Source: Candidatus Kapaibacterium sp.
GTDB taxonomy: Bacteria; Bacteroidota; Ignavibacteria; Kapaibacteriales; UBA2268
DNA length: 64,000 nt
Direction of reading: 5' to 3'
Assembly (NCBI GenBank): GCA_963678775.2
Contig: CAXXGR010000004.1
Location: forward strand, 136,747-200,746
How positions within the stretch are numbered: position 1 is the stretch's first letter; each line of letters opens with the position of its first letter. A program made the translations under genes and the position numbers. Shown here piece by piece: positions 1 through 9,202 of the stretch. A model generated the notes under the pieces. That model saw nothing but the letters and a program-made list of their open reading frames with translations. It ran no database searches and was not told the DNA's origin.

Positions 1-654
1 TATTATTGTTGGAGCTTTATTCGCATTCTTATCTGCTTTAGTATAATTTCTCATATCTAGCATAACATACATCCAACCACTTCCTCCATCACGAACTTGA
101 ATCCATAATCCAATAGGTCTATTGTCAGGGTTTATTCTATTCAATTGTTCTGAACAAGTCTCTCCAATTCTTTTTAGTGTTGGTAAATTAGAAAATAAAG
201 TTTTTACTTCAGGATTATCACCTTTTTCATAAACTTGTCCTCTGCCATCAGATGTGGAGAGATAATTTTTATCCCACTCTTTGTCACCATCAGAAAATGT
301 TTTACTATCCTCATTTGTATGGTCAGCATGAGTATGTGCTACAGCAACAGGTGTCAAACCTGTTTCATCTTCAAAATTAGAATGCTTAGGATAAGAATAT
401 TCAGGAGCATTTGCAACAGGGACAGGATACTTGTATTTAATATTTCCATCAGAATCTTGAAACGAATAAATCTGTGTTGAAATTTCTCTCCCTAATATAT
501 AACTAAGTAACGAATAATTTTTAGCAAAATCGTGAAAAGCTTGAGCTTCGGATTTAAAAACATCACCAGGCAATAACCCATTCCAATCCGCCAAACTAAT
601 AGGATTATTCATACTATACTGGTACGGTGACCATGCATAATATTTCTCCCACAC
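1..654 (-). CDS. Orphan RHS C-terminal toxin module (RHS core end + JAB/MPN-like, DUF4329-type domain); runs off the window edge
   Basis: Not in the ORF track. Manual translation from GTG 654 is open to position 1: VWEKYYAWSPYQYSMNNPISLADWNG (RHS core terminal PxxxxDxxG motif), then GREIST...VAHTHADHTNEDSKTFSDGD (E..HxH..SxxD JAMM-like motif). Confidence 0.8.
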   Translation of the reverse strand, partial: MWEKYYAWSPYQYSMNNPISLADWNGLLPGDVFKSEAQAFHDFAKNYSLLSYILGREISTQIYSFQDSDGNIKYKYPVPVANAPEYSYPKHSNFEDETGLTPVAVAHTHADHTNEDSKTFSDGDKEWDKNYLSTSDGRGQVYEKGDNPEVKTLFSNLPTLKRIGETCSEQLNRINPDNRPIGLWIQVRDGGSGWMYVMLDMRNYTKADKNANKAPTII

Positions 655-728
655 TTCGACAGGCTCAGCACAGGCACTTCGACTCGCTATTTCCGCGGGT
701 ATCGAGCGTAGTCGAGATGCAGTGACCT
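652..728. repeat. REP-like palindromic cluster interrupting the RHS core
   Basis: CACTTCGAC occurs at 652-660 and 675-683; TCGACTCGCT (679-688) is imperfectly inverted with GAGCGTAGTCGA (704-715); locally GC-rich; resembles CTTCGACAGGCTCAG / GAGCGTAGTCGA dispersed repeats of Bacteroidota-like genomes. Confidence 0.6.
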
Positions 729-740
729 TGGAGTGTGCTG

Positions 741-809
741 AAGTTCGCCTAGTTCGCTTTCGGTGTATAGTTCTTTGCCGATGTAGGCGGTGCGCTGGTC
801 TGCGTCACC
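741..809 (-). pseudogene. RHS core fragment
   Basis: Translates GDADQRTAYIGKELYTESELGEL, resembling the YxGKExDxESxL RHS-core motif; in a different frame from the 654..1 ORF. Confidence 0.6.
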
Positions 810-829
810 TCGTGGCCGTATATTATATA

Positions 830-1945
830 TTACTTTGTTGTTTGTGCTTTTAACTCATCTAATATTATGTTTGCACATTCTTTTGCTGCAAAAGGTCTAC
901 CTAATGATCTGGCTCGGCTCGACATATTGGCAAGTTTTGTTTCATCAGTTATAAGCAGTTTTAACTCTGATAGCAGCTTATCTCTAATTTCTTTATCGCT
1001 TATCATTACTGCTGCATTATTATCCATCAGAGCCTTAGCGTTGTGTGCCTGCTCATTATTGGATGCAGTGGAAAGAGGAACTAATATGGACGGCTTGCCG
1101 ATGGCTGCTATTTCAGCAACAGTAGTGCCGCCGGATCTGCAAATCAGCAAATCAGCAGCGGAGTATGCGATATTCATATCATCAATAAACTCTACTACTT
1201 TTATATTATTAGGGAGTAGCTTCGGCACTTGGAAGTTTTTACCGGTTTGCCACAGAATACTAATATCCATATTCCCAAAATCGGATACATATTTGCTCAT
1301 CGCTTCGTTTATTGATTTTGCTCCCAAACTGCCACCAAAAACAAATATCATCTTCTTGCTACTATCGAAGCCTAATTGCTCTTTTGCTTTGGATTGCTCC
1401 GGCATTACTAATATGTTATCTCTGATTGGGTTGCCTGTATAAATTAGTTTGCCTTGTTGCTCGTAGGGAAAGTAGTTTTTACTTTCCTCGTAGGAAGTAA
1501 ATACATACTTAGCTTTGGCAGCAAGTGACTTTATAGTTTTTCCGGGATTCACATTTGCTTCTAATAGAAATAAAGGGGTGCGCGTTATGGATGAAGCTAT
1601 CCCCGGAGGGTAACTTATGTATGCTCCTGCTGCTATCACAGCATCAATTTTCTCTCTGCGGATTAATCTTTTTATCTTGCGGGTAGAACTCCATATTTTG
1701 AGCGGCAACAGTAAAGTAGATATTGACACCTTCTTTACTAAACCGGAAATATTCATAGGTATAAAAGTGTAACCAAGAGCAGGAATTTTTTCTGCTTCTA
1801 TCTTATCAGCTCTTCCAGTGAAAAATAACTTAACGGGCTTTTCAGATGTTTTTTCTATTTCTTTAGCTACTGCCAAGGCAGGGAATAAGTGCCCGCCGGT
1901 TCCCCCTGCGGCAACTAATATATTAATGCTGTCTTTTTCTTTCAT
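830..1945 (-). CDS. murG: Undecaprenyl-PP-MurNAc-pentapeptide GlcNAc transferase MurG
   Basis: GGTGGHLFP, GNPIR, FGGSLGA, RSGGTTVAE and NEQAHNA motifs. Confidence 0.96.
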   Translation of the reverse strand: MKEKDSINILVAAGGTGGHLFPALAVAKEIEKTSEKPVKLFFTGRADKIEAEKIPALGYTFIPMNISGLVKKVSISTLLLPLKIWSSTRKIKRLIRREKIDAVIAAGAYISYPPGIASSITRTPLFLLEANVNPGKTIKSLAAKAKYVFTSYEESKNYFPYEQQGKLIYTGNPIRDNILVMPEQSKAKEQLGFDSSKKMIFVFGGSLGAKSINEAMSKYVSDFGNMDISILWQTGKNFQVPKLLPNNIKVVEFIDDMNIAYSAADLLICRSGGTTVAEIAAIGKPSILVPLSTASNNEQAHNAKALMDNNAAVMISDKEIRDKLLSELKLLITDETKLANMSSRARSLGRPFAAKECANIILDELKAQTTK

Positions 1946-2004
1946 GCTGCTGTACGTTTCAAATGGTCATAAAAATGGAAAAAATCAATTAACACATTTA
2001 ATAT

Positions 2005-3378
2005 TTACTTTGCAAGCAATTTTTTCTGTAATTCCTCCAAATTCAAATTACCTGGCGAAACTATATTTCCTTCTTCATCTATTTCAAAATATATGGGCAA
2101 ATCACTTATCAATAGCTTATCAGCAAGCTCTGAGTACATACCATTGGGTTCGTAGAGATTGACTCCGCCAATGTCAAATCTTCGCATCATAGCTGACCAC
2201 AACTTCTGCGATTCGCTACCAAGAGAGATTGATATAGTCGCAATATCTTCCCTTTCTTCAAACAACTGATGAAATTGCTTAAGCTCTGCGAGGTCTTTAT
2301 CTAAAGCATCCCGGAACATAATCAGCACAGTCCTGCCACGAAATCTATATAGATTATATTGATATGTGTTTTCATCACTAAGCAAAAACTCTGGGAACTT
2401 CTTGCCGGGCTGAAACTTAAAATGTTTTTCCACTAACTTATTTAAGTAATTTCTATACGTATCTTCGTGCATCTCGGATGCGATTACTTTCTTTTTTCCA
2501 AGCAGATAAAGCTCATCAGAGTAGCTCCATTCCCTCGGAATGATTTTTTCCATTAAGCTTACTAGGCATATATCCCTAAATGTAAAATCTGTTTTGGTCA
2601 TTAGGCTATCAACGACTCTATCATATTGCTCAGTTCCGTTTCTGTTTGTATCTAAGCCTACATAGCCAATCAGATAATCCGTCATCAGATTTGCAAAATG
2701 GTAAAAAGCTTTATTATTTTTAAAAACACTGCTTTTCAGATTATATTTTTTGAGTAGCCTTTCAAAAGTAGAGTCAGCATGATAGGATTTGAGGCTACAA
2801 ATATCAAAGAGTAATTCAAAATGGCGCTGCAACTCTTCCTTCAGTTCTATATATCTGTCCTTATACTCGTAAAAATAATCATCTAGAAATAGGTCTATAG
2901 ACGGCTTAGATTCCAGTAAAATAGGGTTGCATTTCTTACTGTTACTTAGCATTTTTTGCTCAAATCGTCGGATAGATTTAGATATTTTATAAAGAGAATC
3001 TTTCAAAAATACTTTTTTATAACCTTCACCACCAATGGACTCTATTTTTTTATTAGCCAAATCAAGCAAAAGGAAAACAGAATCTCCTTTGGAAAGATAA
3101 ATTGGAAGCGTATAGTTATACTTCCTGAAATTTAGATTGGCGTATACATCTCTGTCCGATTCGGAGTAGAATTTAAAACTGCTGTCCGAAGCGATAAAAA
3201 CGGTATCTATTATCTTGGGTAGGGAATATTTAAAAAACTCATCCTGTGAGGTCAAAAATATCTTTTCCGTTGCAGAATTAGTAAGCTTACCCTGCACAAT
3301 GATATCAGGGCGGGGGAAAATAGTTTCACGGCAGGAAACCGCAATAGTTAATATCAATATTAAGCATAGTCTTTTCAT
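2005..3378 (-). CDS. TlpA/AhpC-like lipoprotein with C-terminal thioredoxin-like fold lacking CxxC
   Basis: Lipobox AVS-C; PGKKFPEFLL..FRGRTVLIMF, ISISL, LPIYFEIDEEGNIV pattern typical of TlpA, but the WCxxC position reads RDALDKD. Confidence 0.65.
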   Translation of the reverse strand: MKRLCLILILTIAVSCRETIFPRPDIIVQGKLTNSATEKIFLTSQDEFFKYSLPKIIDTVFIASDSSFKFYSESDRDVYANLNFRKYNYTLPIYLSKGDSVFLLLDLANKKIESIGGEGYKKVFLKDSLYKISKSIRRFEQKMLSNSKKCNPILLESKPSIDLFLDDYFYEYKDRYIELKEELQRHFELLFDICSLKSYHADSTFERLLKKYNLKSSVFKNNKAFYHFANLMTDYLIGYVGLDTNRNGTEQYDRVVDSLMTKTDFTFRDICLVSLMEKIIPREWSYSDELYLLGKKKVIASEMHEDTYRNYLNKLVEKHFKFQPGKKFPEFLLSDENTYQYNLYRFRGRTVLIMFRDALDKDLAELKQFHQLFEEREDIATISISLGSESQKLWSAMMRRFDIGGVNLYEPNGMYSELADKLLISDLPIYFEIDEEGNIVSPGNLNLEELQKKLLAK

Positions 3379-3423
3379 AGGCTAAATATCGGTAAAAATT
3401 GAGAAAAATGAAGCTTTTTCTCT

Positions 3424-5091
3424 CTAATAGTTACCTTCGTCAAACTCTTTTGACGCTATATGCTCAAGATACTTTTTATTCAACTCTATGGTAAATATAG
3501 AAGATGTTTTAGTTTTCTGGCACTGTATGTCGCCGGCAAAGTATTTGATAATCCGGGCAGCATCCAAAAAGTGCATTTCGTTATCATATTGGTTGCAGTT
3601 ATCAGTAAGCTCAAATTCTATACGAATTTTATAACTGTGACCTTCTTCGTAGGCATTGACCTTTTTGATTTGTTTTGGGATATTTAGTATTTTTTTAATG
3701 CTGTCGCGAAATAAATTAGATTTCAAATATATAGGCTTAGCTGTTGGAATATCATAACTGTCAATATTGTCGTACTCACTAATGATTTCTTCCAAAATCA
3801 GATTTGGAGAAGCTAAGGTAAAGTAAGACTCACTGCAGTTAACTTCACAAAGCGAAGAAATATCCTGCTTCATGTTTAGTAATAATTCCTTCAAATCATT
3901 GTCTAATTCTGTAGTTTCCAGTAAAGATTCTATTTTTTGGTAATTATGAGAAATTCGTTTGGAAACATGTTGCATATATTTTGATTCTGCTATCGACTTT
4001 TCAGATTCGTACATCTGAAAACCCTGTAATATTTTTTTCCGTAAATCTTTAAAAAAGCCAACTCGTCCTAAGACATCCTTCTTAGTTGTAAGCTCAAAAG
4101 CATCTAAAATTACAGGTATAGCGGTGCTGTTGTTATTGATTATTTGAGTCTCCAAATTTGCAGCAATAATGCCATCCTTGCCTGAATCCACTAAAAACTC
4201 CTGAGGAAGCATAGTTAGCAGTTTGTTAAGAGGTGGCTTTCTGGTAGAAGTCCAGCCTAATAGCTCTTTCGCAGCAGGATTCATTATTTTAGTTTTACCT
4301 TTTTTATCTATTGCGATTATTGCATCGGAGACGTGATGAATAAGAGAACTGTAGAAATCATGCACCGTACTTAGTTGCTCTTGGAGCTTATTTATTTCGG
4401 TGATATCCTGAGCTATTTCCATAACAAGATCTACTTGATCGCCTTTTTTGCTGATTGGTATAGTCTGGACTATGTAATTTGTCTTGTCGCCTGTGCTGGT
4501 TACTCCTATTTGAGTGGAAGTATTATCTGTGTTTTCATCGAAAGACAGAATCGCCGGGCAATTAGCACATTTATGTTTTTTCTTTTTATAAACTTCGTAG
4601 CAGTGAGTACCTATTTTATTTCCAAATGTTTCTCTAAACTTAGCATTAGAGCGAATTATTCTGAAGTCTTTATCTATAACTGTGATATAATTAGGCACTT
4701 TCTCGAAAAGCATATTATATTCTTTTAGCCAGTAGCTGCTCTCTGACAAGTCAGAAGACATTTCGAGAACAAATACTACTTCTCCCTCATCATCTTTTAT
4801 AGGAGTAAAGTGCACTATAGTGTGAGTAGAGTTACCTTGCTGAGTGATAGTGGCTTCGTCTGAGACACGACTTTGACCGGTTGCAAACACCTGCTGCATC
4901 TTGCATTTAGTACAAGGCAAATCGAGTTGCTTGCAAGTGTCATAGCATTTCTTACCTTCATATTGCCCAAAGGCATCTATGTAGATTTGATTGGCTGCTA
5001 CTACATTATAATTTTTGTCAATGATTGATAGCCTAAAAGGCACTAATTCAAATAATGGACTAGATATAATGTCGCTAATATATTTGCTCAT
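3424..5091 (-). CDS. Multi-PAS sensor protein with degenerate histidine-kinase-like C-terminus
   Basis: Three PAS-like repeats (IIDKNYNVVAAN, VIDKDFRIIRSN, AIDKKGKTKIMN); two carry C-x10-C-xx-C; the C-terminus has only a GDI..S.FTIEL remnant. Confidence 0.7.
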   Translation of the reverse strand: MSKYISDIISSPLFELVPFRLSIIDKNYNVVAANQIYIDAFGQYEGKKCYDTCKQLDLPCTKCKMQQVFATGQSRVSDEATITQQGNSTHTIVHFTPIKDDEGEVVFVLEMSSDLSESSYWLKEYNMLFEKVPNYITVIDKDFRIIRSNAKFRETFGNKIGTHCYEVYKKKKHKCANCPAILSFDENTDNTSTQIGVTSTGDKTNYIVQTIPISKKGDQVDLVMEIAQDITEINKLQEQLSTVHDFYSSLIHHVSDAIIAIDKKGKTKIMNPAAKELLGWTSTRKPPLNKLLTMLPQEFLVDSGKDGIIAANLETQIINNNSTAIPVILDAFELTTKKDVLGRVGFFKDLRKKILQGFQMYESEKSIAESKYMQHVSKRISHNYQKIESLLETTELDNDLKELLLNMKQDISSLCEVNCSESYFTLASPNLILEEIISEYDNIDSYDIPTAKPIYLKSNLFRDSIKKILNIPKQIKKVNAYEEGHSYKIRIEFELTDNCNQYDNEMHFLDAARIIKYFAGDIQCQKTKTSSIFTIELNKKYLEHIASKEFDEGNY

Positions 5092-5430
5092 ATTCCCACA
5101 CAGTAAAGTAAATTATAATGAGGATTATTTCCATAATACTATATTTTTCTTTTATATCAAAATGCAAACAATCTAAATCTGAAAATATTTGATTAAGTCA
5201 GGAAACACATTATGAATCTCAAAACCAAGTATTAGGCTACACTTTCCTATACTAACTATATCTCACACATATTTTAATTTTCCTCTGATAGCAAATTTCA
5301 ACTATCATACTAAATTATCTATTACTCTCATTTACTAGAAAAGAGTAACACTACAGTTCGCATCTGTTAAAGTCCTGACTTGTTTTAATAAAATAAACTG
5401 AGTTGTCTTAGATTCCTCGAATTAAGCTTT

Positions 5431-7557
5431 TTAGCCTTCTATGCTAAGTTGAGCTTGGATTTCTATTTCAGTATCCGCAGGGAGTTCGGTGTAACTGATA
5501 ACACTAACCATAGGGAATGGAGTGCGTACCATGCGGTAAAGGTATGGTCTTACCTGAGCAGAGCAGATTACAACAGGCAGATAGCCTGCCATTGTAATCT
5601 CGTCGATGGAGTCAGAGGTAGCCTGCTGTATGTTTTGGACATAGTTAGGAGGCAGACCTAAGGTAACGGAAGTGCTCGCCTGATTATCAGATTGAAGAGC
5701 CTTTGTCATTTGGTCTTCTATCTGCGGACTAACCGCTATAGCATGGATTACTCCATTTTGATCTTGATATAACTTTTTAATAGTTTCCGACATATTATGT
5801 CTTACATATTCAGTCAAAACATCTACATTTTGAGTTATCTTAACATATTCTAAAAGCGACTCTAAAATGATAGGCAAATCTCTGACAGGGATGTTTTCCA
5901 TCAGCAAATTTTGCAACACTTTCTGAAGTATAGAAATAGGAAGTACATCCGAAGAAGCTTCCTCTATTAGAGTAGGATAATCAGTTTTCAAATTATCAAG
6001 TAAATGCTTAGTGTCTTGCCTTGTGAGTAATTTATGTGAATTTCTCCTTAGCAACTCAGTTAAGTGCGTAGTCAGCACAGTAGCAGCTTCTACTACTGTA
6101 TAACCAAATACCTCTGCATCCTCGCGGTCGCCATGACCAATCCAAGTGGCAGGAAGTCCGAATACCGGCTCTGTAACCTGAATGCCTTTTAGATCTCCAT
6201 CGGCAGTGCCGGGGTTCATTGCAAGCACCATTTGCGGATGCAATACATTCCTTGCTATCTCATTGCCTCTTATTTTGATAACATATTCCTGAGGGTCTAA
6301 CTGCAGGTTATCTCTTACTCTGACCGGTGGCAATATAATGCCCAGTTCAGTGGCTAATTGCCTACGAACGTTAGTGATGCGTTTGAAGACATCACCGCCC
6401 TGGCTCTCGTCCACCAAGGAGATGAGGCTGTAACCTAATTCTATTTCAACCGGATCTACTCTCAATAAATCTTCGACAGGTGCCTCCTCAGGTTTCTTTG
6501 CTTTTTCTGAAGTGGATGCTTCCAAAGCGAGCTGAGTTTCTTCGTCTTTTTTAATCTGCTTAGTTCTGTAATAAGCTGTGTAACCTATAAGCCCAGCCAT
6601 TATCCAGAATGGAACCAACGGAAAGCCCGGCAAGAACGACACCACTATTAACGAAAATGAAGCTAAAGCAAGCGGCTTTGGCTTTCCGGCAAACTGTCTA
6701 CCCATTTCAACATCCAGATTGTCTGATGATGCTGAGCGAGTAACTACCAAACCGGCAGCAATTGAGATTAGAAGTGATGGAATCTGAGAAACAAGACCAT
6801 CACCTATAGTTAATATAGTATAAGTAGAAGCCGCATCTGCAAGTTCCATGTCTAATTGCATTATACCAATTATAAAACCACCCAGAATATTTATACCTGC
6901 TATTATCAAACCGGCGATAGCATCACCCTTGATAAACTTAGCCGCACCATCCATCGAACCAAAAAAGTCAGATTCGGCAGTCAGCTCCGAGCGACGTTTC
7001 CGAGCAGTTTGCTCGTCTATAAAGCCGGCGTTCAGGTCGGCATCAATGCTCATCTGCTTGCCCGGTAAAGCATCTAATGTAAATCTGGCTGTTACTTCGG
7101 CTATACGTGTAGAACCTTTGATAACAACTACAAAGTTTATAATCAATAGAATTAAGAATATGATAACACCGACAACATAATTTCCCTTGATGACAAACTC
7201 ACCAAAGGCATGAATGATATCTCCTGCGTTGGCTTCGCCCAATATAAGCCGGGTCGAGGCTACATTTAGCCCAAGCCGAAATATCGTGGATATCAGTAAG
7301 ACAGTCGGGAATGAAGAAAATTCAAGAGGTGACTTTAAGTAAATAGCTACTAACAAGATTAGAACGGAAAATGCAATATTGACAGCCAAAAACATGTCAA
7401 GCATCACCGGTGGAAGTGGAATAATAAGCAAAGACAAAATAAGGAGCACACCTAAAGCCACAGCCAAATCGGGATTTTTGGTTATATATGGCAATATGTT
7501 CTTCAAACCGGGCAGTATGCCGGGCTGAAATGCACTTCCTTGTTTACTTTTAGCCAT
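5431..7557 (-). CDS. flhA: Flagellar export apparatus protein FlhA
   Basis: AEVTARFTLDALPGKQMSIDADL, FFGSMDGAAKFIKGDAIAG, IGDGLVSQIP, ELGYSLI, VRVRDN; FlhA-type cytoplasmic domain. Confidence 0.93.
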   Translation of the reverse strand: MAKSKQGSAFQPGILPGLKNILPYITKNPDLAVALGVLLILSLLIIPLPPVMLDMFLAVNIAFSVLILLVAIYLKSPLEFSSFPTVLLISTIFRLGLNVASTRLILGEANAGDIIHAFGEFVIKGNYVVGVIIFLILLIINFVVVIKGSTRIAEVTARFTLDALPGKQMSIDADLNAGFIDEQTARKRRSELTAESDFFGSMDGAAKFIKGDAIAGLIIAGINILGGFIIGIMQLDMELADAASTYTILTIGDGLVSQIPSLLISIAAGLVVTRSASSDNLDVEMGRQFAGKPKPLALASFSLIVVSFLPGFPLVPFWIMAGLIGYTAYYRTKQIKKDEETQLALEASTSEKAKKPEEAPVEDLLRVDPVEIELGYSLISLVDESQGGDVFKRITNVRRQLATELGIILPPVRVRDNLQLDPQEYVIKIRGNEIARNVLHPQMVLAMNPGTADGDLKGIQVTEPVFGLPATWIGHGDREDAEVFGYTVVEAATVLTTHLTELLRRNSHKLLTRQDTKHLLDNLKTDYPTLIEEASSDVLPISILQKVLQNLLMENIPVRDLPIILESLLEYVKITQNVDVLTEYVRHNMSETIKKLYQDQNGVIHAIAVSPQIEDQMTKALQSDNQASTSVTLGLPPNYVQNIQQATSDSIDEITMAGYLPVVICSAQVRPYLYRMVRTPFPMVSVISYTELPADTEIEIQAQLSIEG

Positions 7558-7611
7558 TATCTATATATTTTACGGGTTTTAATACGAAAATTTGGTACTA
7601 AAACTGATAAG

Positions 7612-7628
7612 TGCAATTATTTTGCCAA
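7612..7628 (-). promoter_or_regulatory. Sigma-54 (-24/-12) promoter of flhA
   Basis: Minus strand reads TTGGCAAAATAATTGCA, an exact GG-N10-GC spacing, ~55 bp upstream of the flhA ATG. Confidence 0.7.
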
Positions 7629-7675
7629 ATATGTCAGAGGATGTGATTGTGTGTAAAATATAATCGAGGAGAGTA

Positions 7676-7704
7676 TCAGCTGTAGTATTACTCTCTACAG
7701 CTGA
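7676..7704. terminator. Hairpin downstream of the 7716 gene
   Basis: TCAGCTGTAG-N9-CTACAGCTGA perfect 10-bp stem; no clear U tract. Confidence 0.45.
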
Positions 7705-7715
7705 CAAGTCAAATT

Positions 7716-9140
7716 CTATTCAATTACTACTTTCTTAGCCGTTATAAACTCATCGTTTTTATATACGGAGAGTATATATACTCCGGAAGATAGAGAGCCT
7801 TTAATGTCTAAACTTATATTGTTCAGACCGCTTAGCAGTGTGTTTTTGTAATTAATATTGGTCTTTGTTCCGTCTATGGCATTTAGCTGAAATGAGTACA
7901 GACCGGCTTCTTTTGCTTCAAACTCTAACTGCAGCTTTTCACCCTTTTGTATAGGATTAGGATAAATGGCTAAGTCAGAAACATAAGCGTTAGACTCTGC
8001 AACTGAAGTTAAGGGCTCTAATGTGGCTATAAAAGGAAATCCCACTATCATTCCCTTTGAAACAGAAACTCTATCAATATCAGAAAGTCTTAAATTTTGA
8101 GTATCGCCAGGGTAAGTTCTTTTTTCAACTTCCCAGGTAAAACCATTATCAAATGAAATAAATGAAATAGCATATGAATATGCGCAAATCAGATTCCCAA
8201 TTTTGAATATATCTTTCACCATTGGTATCTCGTTTAATGGCGTGACATTCAATTCTGTTTTCATACCTGTAAATTTGTTTATTTCTACGAGCTTACGGTT
8301 AGACTTACAATCATAAACCGTATCAATATTTCCCTGAGAATTTTTTACAACTACTGGTTCAAAAGAATGATCTACTGATTGCAACCATAATGAAGTCTCA
8401 TCGATGCAATAATAATTATTTATATGATAATCATAAATTGTGAATAATTCATGCCAAGTATCACCCCTATTTGTACTATACATAAATTTATGGTCAGAAA
8501 AATATTGAAGAGTTGCCTTAAAAGGAACTTCCTCATAAAAATTAACCCAAGTATACAGAGTATCATTATAAATTTTGGGGGTTTCTACGACGATCAAATC
8601 ATATTTTTCTATTGAATCAATCTCATATTTAACTTCTTTTGTACACCAAGTTGTGCCCATGTCTGTGCTCTGAGCAAAATACTTATTTGATCTACCTCCA
8701 ATCATAACTAAACTATCCTTTGAAAATAGATTTTTGGAAATGACAGTTTCAGTAGTAAAACTTTGTTCTGACCATGTACTACCTGCATCTGAGGATTTGA
8801 GTATTTTATTGCTACCGTAAAGTGCAACAATATTATTCTTGTCAAGATATTTAATATCTTTAAATACAAAAAGCTGTGGATCACTATAACTATCATCCAT
8901 TATCGAATAGTACAGAGTATCCCATGTGTTTCCATAATCAGTTGTTTTTTCAATTAATCTACTATAAGGTGAATCCAAAATAGATTTTGTCTTTACATAG
9001 TTTATAGAATCTAAAGCAGATACGTGTTCAGTAGAGAGCTTGGTTTCAGTAGGAACGAATTTAAAATTCCATTGGTAAATATTATCTGCGTTCAAGAATA
9101 AAACGCTAGATAAATAAAAGAGGCAAACAAATGTTTTCAT
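7716..9140 (-). CDS. T9SS-secreted BNR/Asp-box beta-propeller protein
   Basis: Likely start MKTFVCLF at 9140 with signal peptide; repeated S/T-x-D-x-G-x-T-W Asp boxes; YPNP...SGVYILSV..KKVVIE T9SS C-terminal domain. Confidence 0.8.
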   Translation of the reverse strand: MKTFVCLFYLSSVLFLNADNIYQWNFKFVPTETKLSTEHVSALDSINYVKTKSILDSPYSRLIEKTTDYGNTWDTLYYSIMDDSYSDPQLFVFKDIKYLDKNNIVALYGSNKILKSSDAGSTWSEQSFTTETVISKNLFSKDSLVMIGGRSNKYFAQSTDMGTTWCTKEVKYEIDSIEKYDLIVVETPKIYNDTLYTWVNFYEEVPFKATLQYFSDHKFMYSTNRGDTWHELFTIYDYHINNYYCIDETSLWLQSVDHSFEPVVVKNSQGNIDTVYDCKSNRKLVEINKFTGMKTELNVTPLNEIPMVKDIFKIGNLICAYSYAISFISFDNGFTWEVEKRTYPGDTQNLRLSDIDRVSVSKGMIVGFPFIATLEPLTSVAESNAYVSDLAIYPNPIQKGEKLQLEFEAKEAGLYSFQLNAIDGTKTNINYKNTLLSGLNNISLDIKGSLSSGVYILSVYKNDEFITAKKVVIE

Positions 9141-9202
9141 AATCATTTCCAGGATATAAAATAAATATGCAGACCATTGGGCTACAACGATCTGCACTTA
9201 GA

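Noticed and set aside
235-480. 81-aa + strand ORF
   Set aside because: Antisense shadow of the RHS toxin ORF, which has recognisable motifs.
5431-7557. Injectisome SctV instead of FlhA
   Set aside because: Sequence features (ELGYSLI, VRVRDN, GYTVVE) and the sigma-54 promoter fit FlhA; no other T3SS genes nearby.
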